From Faecousia sp. (GTDB lineage Bacteria; Bacillota; Clostridia; Oscillospirales; Oscillospiraceae): 64,000 nucleotides of DNA. This document shows, in pieces, positions 27,835-37,516 of the stretch (positions within the stretch are counted from its first letter, which is position 1; every line of letters begins with the position of its first letter). The notes below the pieces were generated by a model. It did not search any database. It was not told the origin of the DNA and saw only the letters and a program-made list of their open reading frames with translations. The position numbers and the translations under genes were made by a program. The stretch lies in the NCBI GenBank assembly GCA_045540155.1, contig JAZQGT010000050.1, forward strand, positions 16,493-80,492, read 5' to 3'.

Positions 27835-28965
27835 ATGCAAATCAGAAACCTCACCCAAAGGGATCTGCAGTTTTTCGGAGAGATTCTCCCCCAGTGTCCG
27901 GCAGAGGACAGCAGGTATAAGAAAACGCAGCTGGTCTTCACCGCCTCCGACCGGGTTGCCCAGTATCAGGCGGACTCCCGGGTGGTGCTGGACTACGTTT
28001 CCGGCATGTCGGCGCTGGCGGTCTTCCGGGATAACCGGACCGACATTTTCTATCTGGACCGGGTGGTTTCCCTGCTGCCGGGGACCCGGTTCTCTGTTCT
28101 GCCCATGGAGGACCGCTGCTGTGTGGACCTGCTGACGGACGGGACGCTGCAGCCCGTGGCGCACATTCCCGTCTCCCAGTTGGAAAACACCCCCAAGGGG
28201 CTGCAATTTGAGAAGATCTACACCTTTTTGTATCAGGAATGCTCCCATAACTTCTATTTCCGGGGCGAAAAGCACCTGCCCTACGAGCTGGTCTATGTGG
28301 ACCGGGGGGAGCTGCACAATCTGGTGCAGGGCCAGGACATTCTGCTTCAGCAGCAGCAGTTTATGGTAATCGACAGCAACCACTGGCACACCCAGTATTC
28401 CGACCTGCCGGTGAGCTTTCTCACCATATCCTTTTGGGCATCGGACAGCGGTCTTTCCGCCATTGCCAATAAGCCGTTTCCCCTCACTCCCCAGCTGAAA
28501 ATGCTTTTCAAGAAAATGCTTTCCCAAGACACCCAAGCCCCCTACGGCAGCGATTGTCTGGAAGCGCTGCTGAAAATCCTGCTGATTGAGCTGCTGCAGA
28601 CCCAGCCGGACACCCACGCTCAGCATCCCCCTGCCGGTCACTGGGAAAACAAAATCATGGACACCGCCATTCAGCGCATCTCCCAAAACCTGCAAAAGAA
28701 GCTGACGCTGGAGGAGCTGGCGGCTATGGTGCACGTAAGTGTGCCGTATCTTTACAAGCTGTTTCAAGACCATCTGGGTACATCACCGGGCAAATACATT
28801 ACAAAAATGCGCATCGAAGAGTGCAAGGTGCTCCTGCGGGAGAGAAACCTGACAATGGGGCAGATTGCAGAGCGTATGGGGTTCTCCAGTCTGCAGCATT
28901 TTTCCCGACAGTTCCGCAATATCTGCGGTATTACCCCCACCCAATATGTGCGCTCATTGCGATAA
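27835..28965 (+). CDS. AraC-family regulator with an extended (double cupin-like) N-terminus
   Basis: C-terminal LTLEELAAMVHVSVPYLYKLF...IAERMGFSSLQHFSRQFRNICGITPTQY; RBS AAGGAGG. Confidence 0.88.
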   Translation: MQIRNLTQRDLQFFGEILPQCPAEDSRYKKTQLVFTASDRVAQYQADSRVVLDYVSGMSALAVFRDNRTDIFYLDRVVSLLPGTRFSVLPMEDRCCVDLLTDGTLQPVAHIPVSQLENTPKGLQFEKIYTFLYQECSHNFYFRGEKHLPYELVYVDRGELHNLVQGQDILLQQQQFMVIDSNHWHTQYSDLPVSFLTISFWASDSGLSAIANKPFPLTPQLKMLFKKMLSQDTQAPYGSDCLEALLKILLIELLQTQPDTHAQHPPAGHWENKIMDTAIQRISQNLQKKLTLEELAAMVHVSVPYLYKLFQDHLGTSPGKYITKMRIEECKVLLRERNLTMGQIAERMGFSSLQHFSRQFRNICGITPTQYVRSLR

Positions 28966-28970
28966 AAAAA

Positions 28971-29211
28971 ACGGGCGGCCACTGGCCGCCCGTATGTATT
29001 GCATTGAAAGATTTTACAAAGTCATTCAGGGTTTCCAAAGGGGTACGCAGGCAGAATGTTCGTTGTGTAATCGGCTATACCGCGACCCCTTTGGCCGTCT
29101 GGGGGTTTCAGGATCATACGGAAGGTCCCGGCGGCTCTTTGCATACTTTCTCGCCGGAGAGAAAGTATGCACGTTCTTTTTATAACGGACCGTCGAGGAT
29201 GCCGGTCCCTA
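28971..29211. repeat. Cluster of palindromes / REP-like elements between convergent genes
   Basis: ACGGGCGGCCA-C-TGGCCGCCCGT (28971-28993); CCAAAGGGGT...ACCCCTTTGG (29035-29094); TGCATACTTTCTC...GAGAAAGTATGCA (29140-29171); 29186-29211 is an exact reverse-complement copy of 22313-22338. Confidence 0.7.
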
Positions 29212-29226
29212 TAACGTTGTATCAAT

Positions 29227-31398
29227 TTATTGTATTATTTCGTACCATTTGATTTCATTGGGTTCCAGATGCAGGGGGAATGCCTCTTTATTGGTGTAAA
29301 CGGTGGTATCCTGGGGGGCATAAGTGTTATTGACCACGCAGAACTTGCCGTTGTCCACAAAGGCATGTACTTCAACATTGTAATTATCGGCATACCATTT
29401 GCGCAGCAGTTCTTCCCCGTGAGCAGACCACAAAATCGCCCTGTGCAGCACACGGCTGTTTTCGAAGGAATAGGGCAGTCCGGAGATGTAAACGGCACGT
29501 CCCTTGCCGAAGCTGTTCACCGCCAGCTGCACCTGGCCATCCTTCTGGGCGAGGATTTGGGTGTTTTCCAGGGCATAGACGCCCTTCTTCCCCTCTCCAA
29601 AATCTATTGCGCCCGCTGCATCCTGCAAAATAAAATGCGGGTGGCTGTCCCGGTTGTACTTGCCGTAACCCAGGGTAAAGCCGGTCTCCTTCTCCACGCC
29701 CAGCACATCCGCCAGCTGAAAAAAGCGCCCCTGGTACTGGTGTCCGGTGGGTTCTCCCACACCGATGAAGCCACCGCCTCTGTGGACAAAGCCTCGGATG
29801 GCAGCCGCAATTTCCGGGTTTTCCCATTCCCGTCCCCCGGTATGGGCAGTGTCGCCATCGCCCACATTCAGCAGTACATCTATAGAATCCAATATGCCTG
29901 GGTCAGCTTTAATATCGTCAAAGGAGATAAATTTCACATCAAAGGGCGCGCCGGAAAGGGCCTCAATGACACCGGCATAGGAATAGTTCTCCTTATGGTA
30001 CAAGGCGTGGTGCACCATGTGGCAGCCCCATGCCCGCTGTTTTCCCCAGCAGTTGAGCACCGCCACAGTCTTGGCGCAGTAGGGTGTGGTGCCCTTGATA
30101 TTGCCATACAGTTCCCGGAACTCGTTGCACACCGACTCCACATAGTCCACAAATTCAGGAAATTGCAGTGCCAGCTTCAGGTAGCCCCCATAGCCAATCC
30201 GGTCAATGGGCTTGCGTAAGATGGCGCGGCGGGCGGTCACCCAGTTCTCCTTTGCCTCCCGGACCGGGTCGCCGCCCTCATGGAAGGTATCCGGAAAGAA
30301 ATAGGGCAGGAAACGTCCCTCCGTGTACTTCACGCCGGGGATATCGGAAATAAGGCGCAAGGTTGCACCGTTACCCACAGAGCCTACCACCGCATCCAGA
30401 CCGATGGTCCTGAATTCCTCCATAAAGGGCTCTGTGCCGATGAAGTGGTCACCCAAAAACATCATGGCCTCCAAGCCGTATTGGTGAGTAATGTCCACCA
30501 TTTCTTTGGCAATCCGCGCCACTTCCCTGCGCTGAAACGCCATAAAATCCTTGTATTCCTTGGATGGAATCCGGTACTGATTGTTGTAGTAGCCCTGGTC
30601 CACAATGAACTCGGGGCGGAATTGATAGCCCACCTCCCGCTCAAACTGCTCCAGAATACAGGGAGAGACCGAGGCGGAATAGCCATACCAGTCCACGTAC
30701 TTCTGCCGTTTCAGCGCATCGAAAATCAGTGTAAACTGGTGGAAAAAGGTGGTGTAGCGGATTACATTCACATAAGGATGGTCGGCAATGAATTTTTTCA
30801 GCCGTTCCATTGTAAATTTGCGGGTCTTTGGCTGACGGACATCGAAGGTAATCTGATGGTCAAAGTCCTGCCAGTCATTGGTGATGGCGTTGTACATGTG
30901 TACCGGGTCCCAGATAATATAGGCAAGGAACGCCACGGTATAGGCATGATACGCCTTGGCGTTGCGGATTGTGACACACCCGGTTTTGGCATCGTAGTCC
31001 CAGCTGTGGGGACTGACCGGTTCACCGGCAGTTCTGTCCATCACCTCCCACCAGCGCTTGCAATCGTCCCGGGTGTTTACCTCCAGCAGTTCCCCGGAAA
31101 TGCCCTGCATCAGTTGGATAGAGAGGGAATCCCCTGCCGCCGTGTGAAAGCCGGTCATAATATAGCACTGCTGGACTTCATCGGGGTTTGCCTTTGCCCA
31201 GGCATTGTCCTTGCGAGTGGTGTAGTAGGTGGCGTAAATCTTTGCGCCGGTATTTTTCAGTTCTTGGGGAAAATCCGTGCCGTCGCAGTCGCGAATGGCA
31301 TCGGCGCCCCAGCGTTTCATAATCTCCAGGGTTTCCGGCACCACGTCTATATCCGTGGGAACGGTAACACGCCCTGTGCTTTTAAGGGAATCTTCCAT
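29227..31398 (-). CDS. gnpA: 1,3-beta-galactosyl-N-acetylhexosamine phosphorylase (GH112, GNB/LNB phosphorylase)
   Basis: TGRVTVPTD, WGADAIRDCDGT, IWDPVHMYN, TTFFHQFTL, MFLGDH, GRFLPYFFPD. Confidence 0.95.
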   Translation of the reverse strand: MEDSLKSTGRVTVPTDIDVVPETLEIMKRWGADAIRDCDGTDFPQELKNTGAKIYATYYTTRKDNAWAKANPDEVQQCYIMTGFHTAAGDSLSIQLMQGISGELLEVNTRDDCKRWWEVMDRTAGEPVSPHSWDYDAKTGCVTIRNAKAYHAYTVAFLAYIIWDPVHMYNAITNDWQDFDHQITFDVRQPKTRKFTMERLKKFIADHPYVNVIRYTTFFHQFTLIFDALKRQKYVDWYGYSASVSPCILEQFEREVGYQFRPEFIVDQGYYNNQYRIPSKEYKDFMAFQRREVARIAKEMVDITHQYGLEAMMFLGDHFIGTEPFMEEFRTIGLDAVVGSVGNGATLRLISDIPGVKYTEGRFLPYFFPDTFHEGGDPVREAKENWVTARRAILRKPIDRIGYGGYLKLALQFPEFVDYVESVCNEFRELYGNIKGTTPYCAKTVAVLNCWGKQRAWGCHMVHHALYHKENYSYAGVIEALSGAPFDVKFISFDDIKADPGILDSIDVLLNVGDGDTAHTGGREWENPEIAAAIRGFVHRGGGFIGVGEPTGHQYQGRFFQLADVLGVEKETGFTLGYGKYNRDSHPHFILQDAAGAIDFGEGKKGVYALENTQILAQKDGQVQLAVNSFGKGRAVYISGLPYSFENSRVLHRAILWSAHGEELLRKWYADNYNVEVHAFVDNGKFCVVNNTYAPQDTTVYTNKEAFPLHLEPNEIKWYEIIQ

Positions 31399-31416
31399 AG
31401 GGTATCCTCCGGGGAA

Positions 31417-31608
31417 TTATTGATAGGGTTTGTTATACAGCAGCAGCGCCGTCAGCAGAAATACAATACCCAAAAGCATCAGGCCCAGTCCGGTGAGCTG
31501 ACCGGTCAGGCGCCAGCCAATAAGGGTCAGCGCCAGTCCTGCCACAAAAAACAGTATAATCAACGCCGCCCGCAGCTTGGTGTGGTCTTTCCAAAACATA
31601 GTTTTCAC
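31417..31608 (-). CDS. Small two-TM membrane protein in the GNB/LNB operon
   Basis: 63 aa, two hydrophobic helices, ends LYNKPYQ; lies between the permease and gnpA. Confidence 0.7.
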   Translation of the reverse strand: MKTMFWKDHTKLRAALIILFFVAGLALTLIGWRLTGQLTGLGLMLLGIVFLLTALLLYNKPYQ

Positions 31609-31609
31609 C

Positions 31610-32485
31610 TTATCCTTTCAGTCCGCCCACAGTCATGCCCTTGGTCAGATTCTTCTGCACACAGATATACAGCACCAGCACCGGCACCATAACAAGCACC
31701 AGCCCCGCGTACATGGTGCCGTAAGCAGCAGCAGACTGCTGCGCCTGCATCAGATTCAGCAGCCCTGCAGGCAGCGTCCATTTGGTTTGGTCGGTAATCA
31801 GGGTTTTGACGATGATGTACTCATTCCAAAATGACAGGAAATTAAACAGAATCACCGTAATAATGGAGGGCTTTGCCATGGGGAAGATAATCTGCACCAT
31901 GGTCCTTCCGTAGCCTGCGCCGTCAATATAGGCAGCCTCCTCGAAATCATGGGGCAGCGTGGCAAAGTAACCGGTAAGCAGATAAACGGTAAAGGGCAGC
32001 GCCGTTGCCGCATAGATAAGCGCCACCACAAAATGGTTATTCAGCAGCATACCGCTGCCAAGGACGGAATACAGCCACTTATCTCCGTCGCTGAGCATCA
32101 GATAGATGGGTACCACAATATAATTTACATTCACAAACAGACCTGCCATCATGCAGGTGTTCAGCAGCCGTCTGCCGGTAAACCGGAAGCGAGCGAGGCA
32201 GTAGGCAGCCGGGAGCGCCACCACCAGCAGAAGAATCAGCGCCATGCCGGTGACCAGCACGGAATAGCCCATAAAGCTGCCCATTTTCGCCCCCTTCCAT
32301 GCCTGTACAAAATTCTGCCAGTGCAGGTGGGTGGGCAGTGCCCAGGGATTGCCGTAATGCTCACTGGTCTGCTTCACCGAAGCGAGAAATACCCACGCCA
32401 CGGGCACCAGAATTAGGATCGCCAGCAATCCCAGACACACATAAATGAAGGTCTTGTACAGACGCTCCTTTCTTTCCGTTTTCAC
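31610..32485 (-). CDS. Carbohydrate ABC transporter permease (MalG-like)
   Basis: EEAAYIDGA EAA motif; FWNEY; GMTVGGLKG C-terminus. Confidence 0.92.
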   Translation of the reverse strand: MKTERKERLYKTFIYVCLGLLAILILVPVAWVFLASVKQTSEHYGNPWALPTHLHWQNFVQAWKGAKMGSFMGYSVLVTGMALILLLVVALPAAYCLARFRFTGRRLLNTCMMAGLFVNVNYIVVPIYLMLSDGDKWLYSVLGSGMLLNNHFVVALIYAATALPFTVYLLTGYFATLPHDFEEAAYIDGAGYGRTMVQIIFPMAKPSIITVILFNFLSFWNEYIIVKTLITDQTKWTLPAGLLNLMQAQQSAAAYGTMYAGLVLVMVPVLVLYICVQKNLTKGMTVGGLKG

Positions 32486-32498
32486 CGTGCGCACCTCC

Positions 32499-33383
32499 TT
32501 AATACTCCAGGGATTCCCGCCGGGTAACTCTGTTGACCAGCGCCGACAGGGCAAAGGAAATCACGAAAATCACCACGCCAACCGCCATGGAATAGCCGTA
32601 AAGTCCCTCATTTTTCATATCATACATATATACCAGCGTTACCTTTGCCGCTCCCGCCGCGCCACCGCTGCTGCCAACCATGGCGTTGACGAACAGAAAC
32701 GCCATGTTGATGGTGGAGATGATAAAGAAGGTCAGTGTGGTGCGGATATTGGTCCAAATCATAGGAATGGTAATCTGCAGAAATTGCGTCCTTCTGCCGG
32801 CGCCGTCCAGCCCGGCGCTTTCGTACACGGACTGGGGAACCGATGCCATAGACGCCATATACATCACCATATAATAGCCGATGGCCTGCCACACCATGGC
32901 AATGACAATGCTGGTGATAATATGGGTTTCGCCTTTCCACAGGATACTGTCCGCGCCAAACAGATTCAGCAGACTGTTTGCAAGACCCTTGTCCACATCG
33001 TAAATGGCGGAGAAAATGCCGGAAATCACCACCACGGACAGAATGTTGGGTATGTAGAACACCACCCGGAAGAAGTTCTGCCCTTTCAGCTTTTCCCGGG
33101 TCAGAATGCCGGCAAAAAGCAGCGCCGTCCCCATGGTAAAAACCGTCACCAGCACGACCAGCAGCAGGGTATTCTGCAGGGACTGAATAAAGGTGGCACT
33201 GCCCAACAGATTCCTGAAATTATCCAATCCCACAAAGGTGGCGTTGGGGCTGAACGCGCCCTTTTCAAACAGGGACAGCCGGAATACGTTAAAGGTGGGA
33301 ATTACCATAAAAACGACAAATAGCACCATCGCCGGTGCCACGCACAGCCAAAGGAAGGCTGTTCTTCCTGAAAACTTTTTCAT
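32499..33383 (-). CDS. Carbohydrate ABC transporter permease (MalF-like)
   Basis: FVGLDNF, WQAIGYYMVMY, YESAGLDGA. Confidence 0.92.
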   Translation of the reverse strand: MKKFSGRTAFLWLCVAPAMVLFVVFMVIPTFNVFRLSLFEKGAFSPNATFVGLDNFRNLLGSATFIQSLQNTLLLVVLVTVFTMGTALLFAGILTREKLKGQNFFRVVFYIPNILSVVVISGIFSAIYDVDKGLANSLLNLFGADSILWKGETHIITSIVIAMVWQAIGYYMVMYMASMASVPQSVYESAGLDGAGRRTQFLQITIPMIWTNIRTTLTFFIISTINMAFLFVNAMVGSSGGAAGAAKVTLVYMYDMKNEGLYGYSMAVGVVIFVISFALSALVNRVTRRESLEY

Positions 33384-33418
33384 ACTGAGCCACTCCTTTT
33401 GTAAATTTTTCCGTAGCT

Positions 33419-33449
33419 AAAAAAGGGTGGCAATCATGCCACCCTTTTT
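33419..33449 (-). terminator. Hairpin after the solute-binding protein gene (terminator or mRNA stabiliser)
   Basis: AAAAAGGGTGGCA-ATCA-TGCCACCCTTTTT. Confidence 0.7.
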
Positions 33450-33459
33450 ACGGACAGAA

Positions 33460-34806
33460 TCAGCCTTTAATGTTGGCACGCATCTTTTCCGATGCGGTTT
33501 TGATGTTCTCAATATACTCCTCAATGGTCAGCGAGCCGGCAACCAGCTTATCAATGGGCTCAAAGAACACACCGGAGGTGGTTACATCGGCAATGGCATC
33601 AAATGCGGCAAAGTTGCCCATGGCGGCCTTTGCGCCGTTGTCGTAGATGGAGTAGAACAACTTGTTCTCGCCCTCTAACTTGTCGGCAACGCCCAGCACC
33701 GGCTGGATAGCGCCGGACTTTTTCGTCGTACCGTCTTCCAGCTTCACTTCGGTATTGGCAAAGATGTCGCACGCCTTATCGGAATACAGGAATGCCACAA
33801 ACTGTTCCGCCTCTGTCTTGTTCTGTGCGCCGGCAGGAATCCATGCCTGCTCAAACCAGCAGTAGGAGTAGCCGTCGCCGCCCTCTTTCACTGCAGGCAG
33901 CGCGGTCATGCCCCAGGCAAACTCATTGGTGAGGGTGGACAGCGCGCCTGCCATCTCGCCGGTAATCCAGGTGCCGTTGGGCATAAACAGAGCCTCGTTC
34001 TGCATCACCATCAGCTGATTCTTGGTAAAATCCTGATTATTTGCCTGGGCGGGAGTCTTCTCATGGGTGTAGTCCGCCAGCTTATCTAAAATAGCAAAGA
34101 GGGTCTTTGCCTCCTGGGTATCCCATACGCCCTTTTCATAATGGGTAGCCTTATCGAAGAACTCCGCGCCGCCGATGGAATACATCAGCGCGTACAGAAA
34201 AGCATCGTAGTAACCGGCGGTGGGGTAAGTGAACAGAGCAATGCCCTCGGCCTTTGCCTTGTCGCCCAGCTCCCACATTTCATCCCAGGTAGTGGGCACG
34301 GTCCAACCCTTGCTCTCAAACAGCTTTGCGTTGTAGAACAGGCCGCAGGGAGAGTAGAACATGGGCGCCATGTAGGTCTTGCCGTCACCGTAGGGGTTGG
34401 TCAGGCTGGTGTCGGTAAAGCCGCCGGCAATCTTCTCGGAAACCTTCTTGTCTTCACCGGGAACCTGCATATTCAGCACATTGGTTAATTCGTGCAGGCC
34501 GTTTGCCTTAATGAGCTGCTCGGTCAGGCCCGCGGGACGGCCGGTAGCCAGGTGCACAACGTCAGGATACTGACCGCCCTGCATCTGGGGGCCAATGACA
34601 TCTTCCAGATTCTTGTTGGTAACCAGCTCCACCGCGATACCGGTCTGGTCGGTGAAAGCCTGACAAACCTTCTCCCACATTTCAGAGCCGTAAGCAGTCT
34701 CAATAGCCGCTACCTTGATCGCATTGCCGCCCGTTTTTCTGCCACAGCCGGCGAACAGGCCAAGAACCAGCACGCAAGTCAGCAGCAGTGCAACAAACTT
34801 CTTCAT
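33460..34806 (-). CDS. Carbohydrate ABC transporter solute-binding lipoprotein (probably GNB/LNB)
   Basis: Signal peptide with lipobox FAGC; GLFYNAKLF, PTTWDEM, FMPNGTW. Confidence 0.9.
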   Translation of the reverse strand: MKKFVALLLTCVLVLGLFAGCGRKTGGNAIKVAAIETAYGSEMWEKVCQAFTDQTGIAVELVTNKNLEDVIGPQMQGGQYPDVVHLATGRPAGLTEQLIKANGLHELTNVLNMQVPGEDKKVSEKIAGGFTDTSLTNPYGDGKTYMAPMFYSPCGLFYNAKLFESKGWTVPTTWDEMWELGDKAKAEGIALFTYPTAGYYDAFLYALMYSIGGAEFFDKATHYEKGVWDTQEAKTLFAILDKLADYTHEKTPAQANNQDFTKNQLMVMQNEALFMPNGTWITGEMAGALSTLTNEFAWGMTALPAVKEGGDGYSYCWFEQAWIPAGAQNKTEAEQFVAFLYSDKACDIFANTEVKLEDGTTKKSGAIQPVLGVADKLEGENKLFYSIYDNGAKAAMGNFAAFDAIADVTTSGVFFEPIDKLVAGSLTIEEYIENIKTASEKMRANIKG

Positions 34807-35130
34807 AAACGATCCTCCATTTTAATAATTGTTGTTAGAATGAACGCATTGCCGCGCTCACTACCAACAAATTATAGCAAAAGATATTTTTAACACAAAA
34901 CATCTGCTTGCTAAATTCTTTATTATTATTGCTTTAATTATATGATTTTACTGTCGGATTTGGGTATTTACGAAAAAGTTTCCAAATTATTCTATAAATT
35001 GTCCTGTTTCTCCAATTTCGCCATGTCTTGGAACTATCTTTTAATGAAAACCATTTGCTAGTCATGAATCGAAAAAGCAAATATGCGACATTATAATAAC
35101 CTTAACAAATTAGGCAGGAGGACGCCGCCC

Positions 35131-36027
35131 TTGAGCAATCAGCGCTACACCGTACCCAACGCCCATGCCGACGCAGGAAAGCTGTCCAGTCTGGAGTTTG
35201 CGTTCTCGGCGCCCGAGAATGCCAATGCAGGCAATGGGGAAGCGCGGCTTCTGTATGTCACAGCGTCTGTCTATGACAGCGACTGGCACTCTGTGGTCCA
35301 TTCCCACGCCTTTTCCGAGCTGTTCTTTGTAACCGGCGGCAGCGGCAAATTTATGTACAACGGACAGACCACTCCCCTGCGGGCCAACGACCTGCTCATT
35401 ATTAACCCCTACGTAAACCACACCGAATTCTCCCAGCAGGAGGACCCTTTGGAATACATTGTTTTGGGCATCGACGGTCTGCGCTTCTCCACCCCCGGCG
35501 GAGAAGAACACACGCCTGCCATATACCGGCTGAAAAGCGCCCCCGCCATCGGCACCTATATCAGGCAGCTGTTCTGCGAGGCAAAGGAGCAGGCGCTGGG
35601 GTATGAATCCGTATGCAAATTTCTGCTGGACATCATTCTGACTCTGATTTTACGGCAGCAGGAGCTGCGCATTGCCATCACGTCCTCGCCGCATATCCAG
35701 CCCTTCTGCGCCGGGGTAAAAGCACATATAGACGCCCATTTCAAGGACAATATTGATTTGGACACCCTGGCATTGATAGCAAAGCAGAATAAGTACTACC
35801 TGGCCCACGCCTTTTCGCAAGCCTACGGCATCTCCCCCATGCGATATCTGATGAAGCGCAGAATTGACGAGAGCATGTATCTGCTGGCAAGCACGTCCAT
35901 GCCGGTGTATGATATCAGCGACATTATCGGCTTCTCCTCCCCCAGCCACTTTTCCCATGCCTTTAAGCGCATGACCGGCTGTACGCCAAATGCCTACCGA
36001 AAAAGCCACAAAACCAAAGAAATATAA
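35131..36027 (+). CDS. AraC-family regulator (cupin + HTH)
   Basis: HSHAFSELF cupin; DIIGFSSPSHFSHAFKRMTGCTPNAYR; TTG start after AGGAGG. Confidence 0.88.
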   Translation: MSNQRYTVPNAHADAGKLSSLEFAFSAPENANAGNGEARLLYVTASVYDSDWHSVVHSHAFSELFFVTGGSGKFMYNGQTTPLRANDLLIINPYVNHTEFSQQEDPLEYIVLGIDGLRFSTPGGEEHTPAIYRLKSAPAIGTYIRQLFCEAKEQALGYESVCKFLLDIILTLILRQQELRIAITSSPHIQPFCAGVKAHIDAHFKDNIDLDTLALIAKQNKYYLAHAFSQAYGISPMRYLMKRRIDESMYLLASTSMPVYDISDIIGFSSPSHFSHAFKRMTGCTPNAYRKSHKTKEI

Positions 36028-36060
36028 AAGCACCGGTATCCTTTCCGGATACCGGTGCTT
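36028..36060. terminator. Bidirectional terminator
   Basis: AAGCACCGGTATCC-TTTCC-GGATACCGGTGCTT. Confidence 0.7.
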
Positions 36061-36071
36061 AAAAACGATAT

Positions 36072-37016
36072 TTATGTACCGAAGTGGGTCAATAGGGCGA
36101 AAATACAGGGCAGAATAATCAGCGCCAGCACGCAGGAAACAAAGCACAGCTTGGCATTATCCCCTGCCTCTTTTTCATAGCCGCAGCTTTCCGGATACAC
36201 CACAAGGTTCAAGCCCAATGGCATACACACCAAAAGTATGGGCAAAAACAGAAGCTTTCCTCTCACGCCGCAGAGCATCAGCACCGCGCCAAAGAGCGCC
36301 GGAATGCCAATCATACGGATTGCCGAGAGATAATAAGGGCGGATGCCGGTAAACAGCTTTTTTAAGGGAAATTTGCCCAGCATAAAGCCTGCCAGCAGCA
36401 TAGAACAAGGTCCAAGACAGCTGGATGCGCCGGAAAGGGCATCTGTTATGGGGGCAGGCAGCTGAACGCCCAAAAGGCCAATGGCAATACCGATAAATAC
36501 CGCTATAACGGTGGGCATAAGCAGCAGGCGCAGCAAAGAAAAATGCGTCCCCTTCTGAAACAGGGCAAAACCGTAGGACGAGCAAAGAATCATCGTAGGC
36601 AGAACAAAGATCATAAAATCCGCCAACATTTCCGAACCAAACACGCCGGCAATCACTACATAGCCAAAGTAACCGTAATTCGGAAATGTAAAGGCATAGG
36701 TCAGAGAGCTTTTCTCCACGCTGTTGCAATGAAAAGGCTTGGCAAGCAACCAGCCCACCAGCACCACCGCTCCCGCAATCAGCACGCCAAAGCCAAACAG
36801 CGTCAGCTTTTCGCCAATCACATCCATTCTCACATTTCGGCTAAGATTATAGATGCTGTTTCCGGGACTGAATACAAACACACACAAAAGCGACAGCACC
36901 CGTCCTGCCTGATCCGGCAGAGAGTGTTTCCGCCGGAGAGAATAACCAACGAAAATATAAATCAGCAGCTGCGCCACGTTGCTTAATGTAAGGTTGAACA
37001 CTTCCTGCATAACCAT
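36072..37016 (-). CDS. AEC (auxin efflux carrier / malate permease) family transporter
   Basis: About 10 TM helices; FPNYGYFG, PCSMLLAG and MPLGLN motifs. Confidence 0.8.
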   Translation of the reverse strand: MVMQEVFNLTLSNVAQLLIYIFVGYSLRRKHSLPDQAGRVLSLLCVFVFSPGNSIYNLSRNVRMDVIGEKLTLFGFGVLIAGAVVLVGWLLAKPFHCNSVEKSSLTYAFTFPNYGYFGYVVIAGVFGSEMLADFMIFVLPTMILCSSYGFALFQKGTHFSLLRLLLMPTVIAVFIGIAIGLLGVQLPAPITDALSGASSCLGPCSMLLAGFMLGKFPLKKLFTGIRPYYLSAIRMIGIPALFGAVLMLCGVRGKLLFLPILLVCMPLGLNLVVYPESCGYEKEAGDNAKLCFVSCVLALIILPCIFALLTHFGT

Positions 37017-37097
37017 TACCTTCTGTCATAGGAAATTCACATTGTCGTCTCTACGGCAAGCGTGTCAAAGGAGGGAGTCTCCCCTTCACTTCGTTGC

Positions 37098-37126
37098 ATT
37101 ATAAAGCACCAGGATTGGAAATGCAA
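37098..37126 (-). promoter_or_regulatory. Sigma-A promoter of the AEC transporter gene
   Basis: TTGCAT-N17-TATAAT on the minus strand. Confidence 0.65.
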
Positions 37127-37152
37127 TGCTTTTTGAAAATTTTTTCTAGTCT

Positions 37153-37385
37153 CCGCCACCGGCAACAAAACGCTACTGTGCTATTTGAATAGTGGTGCTG
37201 CTCTCCTGTTGCGGTGCCCGGCATCTGCCTGCGTCGACAGCGCTCCTTGGCATCTGTCCACCGCTGCCACTCCCTCGGGTCGCTCCTCCCGCCACCGGCT
37301 GCGCTCATCCGCGCCGCATTTGATCTTTCAAATCTGTCTTTTGTCCATATCAAAAGCCCCGTCCATCCGGACGGGGCTTTTGATA

Positions 37386-37408
<23 letters not shown>
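37153..37408. repeat. tRNA-Thr-associated palindromic element
   Basis: Inverted repeat 37327-37408 includes the tRNA T-arm and CCA end; CCGCCACCGGC occurs twice; degenerate tRNA-end-like copy at 37172-37189. Confidence 0.65.
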
Positions 37409-37461
<53 letters not shown>

Positions 37462-37516
37462 ATTTCCTGACAGCCTTGCCATTATATCGCAGCCACGTAA
37501 AATTGTCAACCCTTTT

